From: Chlamydiota bacterium
GTDB lineage: Bacteria > Auribacterota > Tritonobacteria > UBA1439
Assembly: GCA_037133055.1 (NCBI GenBank)
Contig: JBAXOY010000086.1
Span: forward strand, 1-13,695
Direction of reading: 5' to 3'
DNA length: 13,695 nt
The first letter of the stretch is position 1. The number at the start of each line of letters is the position of its first letter. The notes beneath the pieces were generated by a model. That model had not been told where the DNA came from and did no database searches. It saw nothing but the letters and a program-made list of their open reading frames with translations. Both the position numbers and the translations under genes were made by a program. Below, one piece after another: positions 8,441 through 13,695 of the stretch.

Positions 8441-8482
8441 GGGCTTTTCCCGCTGGTGAAAAACACGTTCTCGAGGGGGTGA
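8441..8482 (+). repeat. 42-bp direct repeat, copy 2 (orphan duplicate of the radical SAM gene 3' end)
   Basis: GGGCTTTTCCCGCTGGTGAAAAACACGTTCTCGAGGGGGTGA, reads GLFPLVKNTFSRG* versus GLFSLVKNTFSRG* in copy 1. Confidence 0.95.
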
Positions 8483-8504
8483 TCTCGCGGGCGCGCACGG
8501 ATCA

Positions 8505-9161
8505 TCACTTCACGCAGGCGAAGAGGATGTGGGGATACGGATACCCTCGGTCAAGCCGCTCCATGCGCGTAGTGAACCCCACGCGATCGAACACGGCCTC
8601 CAGTTCCCCGGCGGGCCGGAAGTTCAGCGTCCGGCCCCGTGTGATCCCGAGGAGTTTCACCGCGAGCAGCTCCTGCCCGAGGGCCCACCGGTACTTCCAG
8701 CGCGGCCGTGTGTCCGAGGTGTGGACCACCAGGGTCCCGCCCTCCCGGAGGAGGGCGTGGCACCGGGCGATGATCCGGTCCTGCGCCGCGTCGTCCATAA
8801 GGTAGAGCACGTCGGTCAGCGCCGCCGCGTCGCAGGGAACGAGCTCCTGCGCGAGGATGTCCGCCTCCTCGAACGACACGTTCGGGACCCCGCGGGCGGC
8901 GCGCCGGGCGATCGAGATCTTCTCCCCGTCCAGGTCGTACCCCGCGACGCGCCGCCCGGGTGAGCGGAGCGCCAGGTATATCGAGAAGAGGCCGTGCCCG
9001 CAGCCCAGGTCGCAGATATCTCCCTCGCGGGGAACGAACGTCTCGATGCGTGGAAACGGGCAGGTCAGGGCCCGCACCCAGTTGTGCAGCCGCGCGCCGG
9101 GCGGCATCCGCCGGTAGGCGGCGAGCGCCCGGCGCAGCGCGGCATCCCCGATGGTTTTCAA
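8505..9161 (-). CDS. Class I SAM-dependent methyltransferase (218 aa)
   Basis: C-terminal part of track ORF 8505..10157; TTG at 9161 overlaps the upstream stop (TTGA) and follows AAGGAGGGGG. Motifs ICDLGCGHG, VAGYDLD, TDVLYL, LLREGGTL. Tandem TGA TGA stop. Confidence 0.9.
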   Translation of the reverse strand: MKTIGDAALRRALAAYRRMPPGARLHNWVRALTCPFPRIETFVPREGDICDLGCGHGLFSIYLALRSPGRRVAGYDLDGEKISIARRAARGVPNVSFEEADILAQELVPCDAAALTDVLYLMDDAAQDRIIARCHALLREGGTLVVHTSDTRPRWKYRWALGQELLAVKLLGITRGRTLNFRPAGELEAVFDRVGFTTRMERLDRGYPYPHILFACVK

Positions 9162-11290
9162 CGGCCCCCTCCTTCCGGCGCGCCCGCCCCGCGTCCCCCG
9201 ACCGCGTACACCTTCAGCTCGTGGCCCGGTTCCTGTCTCGGCGCGCCGGGGTAGATCAGGGGGAGGAACGCCGGATCTCCCATGTGCGCGAAGATAGGGG
9301 ATTTCCCGTAGAGCGGGTGTATCCTGGTCACAAAATCCGCGAGGCACAGGTGGGTGATCCCCTCCCTCCGCAGCAGGGCAATGCACCCGTCGATGTCGAG
9401 TCCCCGGTAGAGCGGCCAGAGGGCGGGGGTGTCGAGCGGTATCACGCGCCGGGGGAACATGAAGGTGCGGCTGTCGAACGCGGTGATGACCGCGTCGGGC
9501 GGGAGGTTCCTGTCGAGCCATCGCGACTCGGGGAGATATCCCGGCGAGATAGCGGCGTTCCAGAAGGAGTAGCTCCTGTCGTGCGCCGCGGTGTAGGCGT
9601 GGACGGCGAGCGCGAGCGCACCCTCGCTCAGGGGCCTGCAGGCGAGCCCCGCGAGCAGAAGGGCGGAGGCGGCCGTTCCCGCCGAGATGAGACGCCGGGG
9701 AAAGGCCGTCACCAGGCAGAGGGCGACCCCGGCCCAGACCAGCATCTCGTCGAGGTCGACGCAGAGGGCGGAGGCGAGCTGAATCCAGTCGGGAAAGCGG
9801 GACCATCGCGCGGTCTGTCGCACCGCGAGATAGAGCACCTCGTCTCGAAGCATGAACGCCGCCCAGAGCGGGACGAGAAGGAGCACCGCCGCCGACTGCC
9901 ACCGGGGGATGCTCCTCCCGATGATCCGGGAGAGCCGCTCTCCCGCGAACAGGCACGCGGGGATGAGGGAGGGGAGGAGGAGCTTTATGGAGATGCCGTA
10001 CTCGCGCGGCCAGGTGAAAAACTTGAGGTAGAAGCCCGTATAGAAGATGCAGAAGAGGGCGAGGAAGAGGCTCTGCGGCTTCCGGTACCAGGGCCAGGAA
10101 AGGAGGGAGAGGACGAAAAGGAGCTGAATCAAAAACCCCTCGTGGAAGATCTCCCACCGGGGCCGGAGGTAAAAACCCGTTGACGGCATGAGGGGGACTA
10201 TCAGGTGGCGGATCGACCAGTCGTCGATCCAGACCCCGCCGAATACCTGGTAGAGGGCCGGGTAGAGAGGGTTTCCGAAGCGGATCCAGTTCCTCGCGAG
10301 GTGGGGCGCGGCGACCGCGCCGATGATCAGGATGAGCCCGACGAGGCGAGGGAAAGGGATGCGGAGGGCGGAGAGCCCGTCTCTCCGCGAGAACCGGCCC
10401 GCGGCGGCGCAGACGACGGCCGTGAGGAGGACGCAGGGGATCAAAACGACCCCCGTGTACGACGTCCAGTAGGAGAAGCCGAGGAACAGCCCCGCGAGGG
10501 CAAGGGGGCCCTGTCCGGGCTCCCGGTAGTATTCGAGAAAATAATAGAGGCTGATCAGGGAGTAACAGGCGAACGAGATCGTGCTCGTGGGAACGGTCAT
10601 ATACGTCGAGAAGATCGGGAGCGCGGCGCAGAAAAGGACGCCCGCGAGGGCGGCCTCCCGGGACAGGGCGAGGTGTCGGCGCCCCATCCGGTAGAGCGTC
10701 ATGAGCAGCACCAGGGCGAACAGCGGGCTCAGGGCGCGCGCCCAGGAGTAGCGCATCCCTCCCGCGAGGATGTCCCCGCAGGCCACGAGCGTGGTGTACC
10801 CGGGGGGAAAGGCCCGTGTCGCCTCAGCCGAGGACGGCGTCACGCCGAGCGGGAGGGTTTTGTGGAGGAATATCTCCCGCTCGATCGGGTAATACTCAGA
10901 GTTCACGTCCCAGTGCTCCATGGGGGCGAGGGTCCCCGCCGCGGCAAGGATGGCGAGAAGGACGGCGAGGAGGACGAGCTCGACGGCGGCGAAGCCGGAG
11001 TGCGGCTCCGCGGGCTCCCCGGGTGTCGGGGGGCCGGCCGCGGGGAGGCGCCGGAGCGCCGCCCCCGCGCCCGCGACCGCGCAAAGCGCCGCGAGCACGG
11101 CGAGGAGGAGAGGCCGGGTGAGGAGCGCGCCGAACCCCTGGTTGATGCAGAAGATGGCCAGAGTATACGCGGCCGCTCCCGCAGGGAATGCGAAAATCCC
11201 CCTTTCCCGCCTCTCCGTGCCGGGGGAGACGAGGATGGTCAGGCAGTACCCCGCGACTGACAATCCTGCGAGCAGCACGACAATGAGCAT
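9158..11290 (-). CDS. Polytopic membrane protein, ArnT/PMT-like GT-C glycosyltransferase (710 aa)
   Basis: Many TM helices; loop PMEHWD...Y...FPPGY; LAGLFLGFSYWTSYTG; PHLARNWIRFGNPLYP; soluble C-terminal domain WLDRNLPPDAVI...LLRREGITHL. GGGAAGG SD upstream. Confidence 0.85.
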   Translation of the reverse strand: MLIVVLLAGLSVAGYCLTILVSPGTERRERGIFAFPAGAAAYTLAIFCINQGFGALLTRPLLLAVLAALCAVAGAGAALRRLPAAGPPTPGEPAEPHSGFAAVELVLLAVLLAILAAAGTLAPMEHWDVNSEYYPIEREIFLHKTLPLGVTPSSAEATRAFPPGYTTLVACGDILAGGMRYSWARALSPLFALVLLMTLYRMGRRHLALSREAALAGVLFCAALPIFSTYMTVPTSTISFACYSLISLYYFLEYYREPGQGPLALAGLFLGFSYWTSYTGVVLIPCVLLTAVVCAAAGRFSRRDGLSALRIPFPRLVGLILIIGAVAAPHLARNWIRFGNPLYPALYQVFGGVWIDDWSIRHLIVPLMPSTGFYLRPRWEIFHEGFLIQLLFVLSLLSWPWYRKPQSLFLALFCIFYTGFYLKFFTWPREYGISIKLLLPSLIPACLFAGERLSRIIGRSIPRWQSAAVLLLVPLWAAFMLRDEVLYLAVRQTARWSRFPDWIQLASALCVDLDEMLVWAGVALCLVTAFPRRLISAGTAASALLLAGLACRPLSEGALALAVHAYTAAHDRSYSFWNAAISPGYLPESRWLDRNLPPDAVITAFDSRTFMFPRRVIPLDTPALWPLYRGLDIDGCIALLRREGITHLCLADFVTRIHPLYGKSPIFAHMGDPAFLPLIYPGAPRQEPGHELKVYAVGGRGAGAPEGGGR

Positions 11291-11305
11291 TGCGACGCCT
11301 TCCCG

Positions 11306-12742
11306 TCATCCGGCCTTGCTGGTGAGGAACCTCCAGGCGAGGGAGACGTACTCGCGCATGGAGATGCGGTAGTAGAAGATCCGGTACCGCAGGCAGAACC
11401 CCTTGTGGAGCCTGCGGATTAGATTGTAGAAGGGGCTCAGGGGAAGCCCGACGAGCAGGCGGGTCAGCGGACGGAGCACGGGGAACTCCACCGTGATGGA
11501 AAAGAGTTTCTGCAAGTTTTCGATCCTTTTTTTGTCGGGGAGGCGGAGGGGGGAGTGCACGTGGTAGGTTTCGTCGAAGCTGATTCCCTCGGGCGGGATC
11601 AGCCCCGCCTCCTGAGACATCGCGTAGATATCGGTCCCCGGATAGGGCGACAGGAGCGACGCCCATGCGTACTGCGGTGTGCACTGGATATTGAGATCGA
11701 GGGTTTCCATGCATTCGGCGAGGGTTTCCCCGGGGATGCCCAGCATATTCTGGGTAAGGAAGTTGATGCCATGCCTTCGCAGCAGCCGGCTTGCGTCGAG
11801 TATCGTTTCCCTGGACATGCCGCGCCCGAGAACCCTGTTCCGAATCCTGTCGTTACCCGCTTCAATGGCCCATGCCACGCTGAAGCATCCGCCCTCCTTC
11901 AGATACCGGGCGGTTTCATCCGTGATCATTTCCGGCCGGATATTGCAGTTGAAGGGGAGCCCGATCTCCCGCCGGAACTGCGCGGAGAAATCCCTGAGCC
12001 AATCGGCGTGCAGGAAAAACGAGGAGTCGTGAAACACGACGAACTCGAGCGGGTAGCGCTCCTTCACCATCCTTACCTCCTCGATCACATTCCCGGGGCT
12101 CCGGGAGCGCACGATCCTGCCCTTCCCGCGGTAGAGCTTGTTGTAGAGGTGGTTGAAGCAGTAGGTGCATCGGTAGGGGCAGCCTCGGGAGGCAAGGAAG
12201 GTCTTCATCTTGGCGCCCCGCGCAGCGGGGTAGGCGCGGTAGAACAGCTCCCGGTCCGGGAAGGGTATCCGGTCGAGGTCCTCTACGAGCGGCCTGAGCT
12301 CGTTGCGGACGATCGCCCCGCCCTCCTTCACGTGGAAGTTCCGGACCGTCGAGATATCCTCGCCCCGGTCGAGTTTTCCGACGAATTCCGCGAACGCATC
12401 CTCCCCCTCGCCGAGGCAGATTGCGTCCACCCCCTCCTCCTCGATCATCTTCGGGTAGAAGGTGGGGTGGGGGCCGCCGAAGACCGAGAGGATGTCGCCC
12501 CACTTTTTCACCTTCCGGTTAAGCCCCAGGAAGAGCTCGTGCGCCCCGGTGGTGGCGCTGTAGGCGACGACGCGCGGGCGAAACTCGTCGAGGCGCTTCA
12601 GGATCTCCGTCTCTTCGGCGTCGCAGATCGAGACCGTGTGCCCCGCGGCCCAGAGGGGCGCGGCGAGGTACATGATGCCGAGCGGCTCGAATCCGCCGAC
12701 CGAGAAGTTGCGCGCCACGTCCGAAACAAAGAGGATGTGCAT
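11306..12742 (-). CDS. Cobalamin-binding radical SAM protein (class B methyltransferase-like, 478 aa)
   Basis: EPLGIMYLAA..GHTV, VFGGPHPTFYP, GEGE, ASRGCPYRCTYC, RSPGNVIEEV, AIEAGN, MLGIPGET, PYPGT. ATG 12742 (AGGGG upstream) preferred over GTG 12766. Confidence 0.93.
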   Translation of the reverse strand: MHILFVSDVARNFSVGGFEPLGIMYLAAPLWAAGHTVSICDAEETEILKRLDEFRPRVVAYSATTGAHELFLGLNRKVKKWGDILSVFGGPHPTFYPKMIEEEGVDAICLGEGEDAFAEFVGKLDRGEDISTVRNFHVKEGGAIVRNELRPLVEDLDRIPFPDRELFYRAYPAARGAKMKTFLASRGCPYRCTYCFNHLYNKLYRGKGRIVRSRSPGNVIEEVRMVKERYPLEFVVFHDSSFFLHADWLRDFSAQFRREIGLPFNCNIRPEMITDETARYLKEGGCFSVAWAIEAGNDRIRNRVLGRGMSRETILDASRLLRRHGINFLTQNMLGIPGETLAECMETLDLNIQCTPQYAWASLLSPYPGTDIYAMSQEAGLIPPEGISFDETYHVHSPLRLPDKKRIENLQKLFSITVEFPVLRPLTRLLVGLPLSPFYNLIRRLHKGFCLRYRIFYYRISMREYVSLAWRFLTSKAG

Positions 12743-12812
12743 GGGTCGGACCCCTGCCGCAGTCACCGTGTCTTCAACGAATAGCCGAGCATGCGGATAC
12801 CTGCGCTCACGT

Positions 12813-12821
12813 ATTGTATCA
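12813..12821 (-). promoter_or_regulatory. Putative extended -10 element for the leftward rSAM/GT-C/MTase operon
   Basis: Minus strand TGaTACAAT about 70 nt upstream of ATG 12742; no clear -35. Confidence 0.45.
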
Positions 12822-12897
12822 TCAGTCGGGGCGAGCGGAGGCGTAAAAGAACCCCCTGCAGCCGGGATCCATTACTCGGACAGGCTCCTAACGCCGA

Positions 12898-12920
12898 ATT
12901 CCCGCTTCCGCGGGAATAAC
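12898..12920. repeat. dRS3/REP-like palindrome
   Basis: ATTCCCGC-TTCC-GCGGGAAT (12898-12917), a perfect 8-bp stem matching ATTCCC-N8-GGGAAT, followed by AAC. Confidence 0.7.
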
Positions 12921-13056
12921 AAGGGAAAGGGAAAAGGCCCGCTGGATAGCGTTGCATAAGGATAGGGCAATCGCCCCCTCAATGCAAGGCCGACACCGCC
13001 CCTCTCGGGAACGCTCGCTCGGGATCGCCGCCCATCTTCCCCGTTCAGCGGGATTG

Positions 13057-13065
13057 TGGCATACT
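13057..13065 (+). promoter_or_regulatory. Putative extended -10 element for the rightmost gene
   Basis: TGgCATACT, 28 nt before ATG 13094, with GGAGGG SD at 13081-13086. Confidence 0.45.
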
Positions 13066-13093
13066 AATGGCCCGTGGAAGGGAGGGAGCGCCC

Positions 13094-13695
13094 ATGAGAG
13101 GGTATGTTGTACGGGTGACGGCACGCGGGGCCAGCGCCGCCGCCCTTTTCCTCGCCCTTTTCGGCCTCTTCCTGGTCCGGAACGGCGCATATCTCCCTTC
13201 CACCCTGAAGGTCTGTTTGCGCGCTGAGCCGCGGCGGGTGAAACTGCCGGCGTTGAAAGGCGCCCCGCTCTCGGACGGGGAGCTTCTTCTCAGCCTTGAT
13301 GTCGGGCGCGGCCTGACGGCATACATGAACCTGCGGAGCAATTCTTCTGTCGCTCTTCCGCAGCTTCCCGTGAGGGGGCTGAGACTCCAATCGCCTCAGG
13401 CGTTCATCCTCGATGCCGCGACGATCAGATCCCCCCGGGGATCAATCGCGGTGCCCCTGGGCAGCGCGATGGCGCGCGACCCGAACGGGATTCTGGCTCC
13501 CCTGCCGGAAGGCGCGCCCGTCTCGGATGTCGTCTTTCCGGATATTGATCCCCGCACGAAGTACGCGTCCCCGCTCCTCATTACGGTGCAGGCCCTCCTC
13601 GCCCTTTCCCTCGCGTGCAACGTCTACTGGCTCCTTGGCTTGAGAGCGAGGCTCGGGAAGGCGGATTGGAGATCCGCTGCCCGGTATCTTTTCCT
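13094..13695 (+). CDS. Partial (runs off right edge) membrane protein of unknown function
   Basis: Not in the ORF track; translated by hand, 200 codons with no stop: MRGYVVRVTARGASAAALFLALFGLFLVRNG...(soluble segment)...PLLITVQALLALSLACNVYWLLGL...RYLF. Strong SD upstream. Confidence 0.75.
   Translation, partial: MRGYVVRVTARGASAAALFLALFGLFLVRNGAYLPSTLKVCLRAEPRRVKLPALKGAPLSDGELLLSLDVGRGLTAYMNLRSNSSVALPQLPVRGLRLQSPQAFILDAATIRSPRGSIAVPLGSAMARDPNGILAPLPEGAPVSDVVFPDIDPRTKYASPLLITVQALLALSLACNVYWLLGLRARLGKADWRSAARYLF

Noticed and set aside
6752..8482. Integron cassette or IS with target-site duplication
   Set aside because: No attC core motifs, terminal inverted repeats, integrase or transposase; 42 bp is far longer than a typical IS duplication.
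2741..10157. Apparent giant ORFs 2741..5335, 5719..8418 and 8505..10157 suggesting fusions or overlapping genes
   Set aside because: Their N-terminal parts are Arg/Pro/Gly-rich off-frame readings of GC-rich genes; real starts with SD or stop-overlap exist at 4718, 6835 and 9161.
11500..12050. Modest GC dip inside the second B12-rSAM gene (sample lines 35/60 and 38/60)
   Set aside because: Small effect, no boundaries or repeats, frame intact; cannot support mosaicism without a sliding-window codon analysis.
5345..12742. Naming the B12-rSAMs as bchE, hpnJ or hpnP
   Set aside because: Only family-level motifs are visible, and no bacteriochlorophyll or hopanoid genes are in the window.
268..12784. 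Long antisense or alternate-frame ORFs (268..1419, 1460..2518, 1561..2664, 2559..4331, 5330..6763, 8960..10183, 10205..11260, 11555..12784 and others)
   Set aside because: Shadows of motif-bearing genes, expected from stop-codon scarcity at high GC; no recognisable motifs.
13004..13027. Short tandem CTCGGGAACG / CTCGGGATCG, possibly a decayed REP
   Set aside because: Too short to distinguish from chance in GC-rich DNA; not a CRISPR array.
12763..13643. Short ORFs 12763..12957, 12888..13190, 12952..13227, 13045..13341, 13064..13390, 13396..13620 and 13413..13643
   Set aside because: They overlap promoter/repeat sequence or the better supported ORF starting at 13094; VIPAEAGI is simply the translated palindrome.

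Overview
GC-rich bacterial window (hand-counted sample lines about 70% GC) that is entirely a cell-envelope modification locus. It holds four radical SAM enzymes (two with twitch-type auxiliary Cys motifs, divergently transcribed; two of the B12-binding/class-B architecture), two class I SAM methyltransferases, and five membrane proteins (three complete and GT-C/ArnT/PMT-like, one partial and GT-C-like, one partial of unknown family). The centre is two convergent three-gene modules built from the same families in permuted order. An AT-rich GT-C-like gene (about 40% GC in sampled lines) sits between two 42-bp imperfect direct repeats that duplicate the last 14 codons of a radical SAM gene, the signature of a cassette insertion, with no integrase in the window. 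A second AT-rich GT-C-like gene at the left edge also follows a radical SAM gene whose last codons look replaced. Each of the five inferred transcription units has an extended -10 motif, and the right intergenic region holds a dRS3/REP-like palindrome. No RNA genes, CRISPR arrays or transposases were seen. Family assignments come from motifs read by eye; no searches were run.
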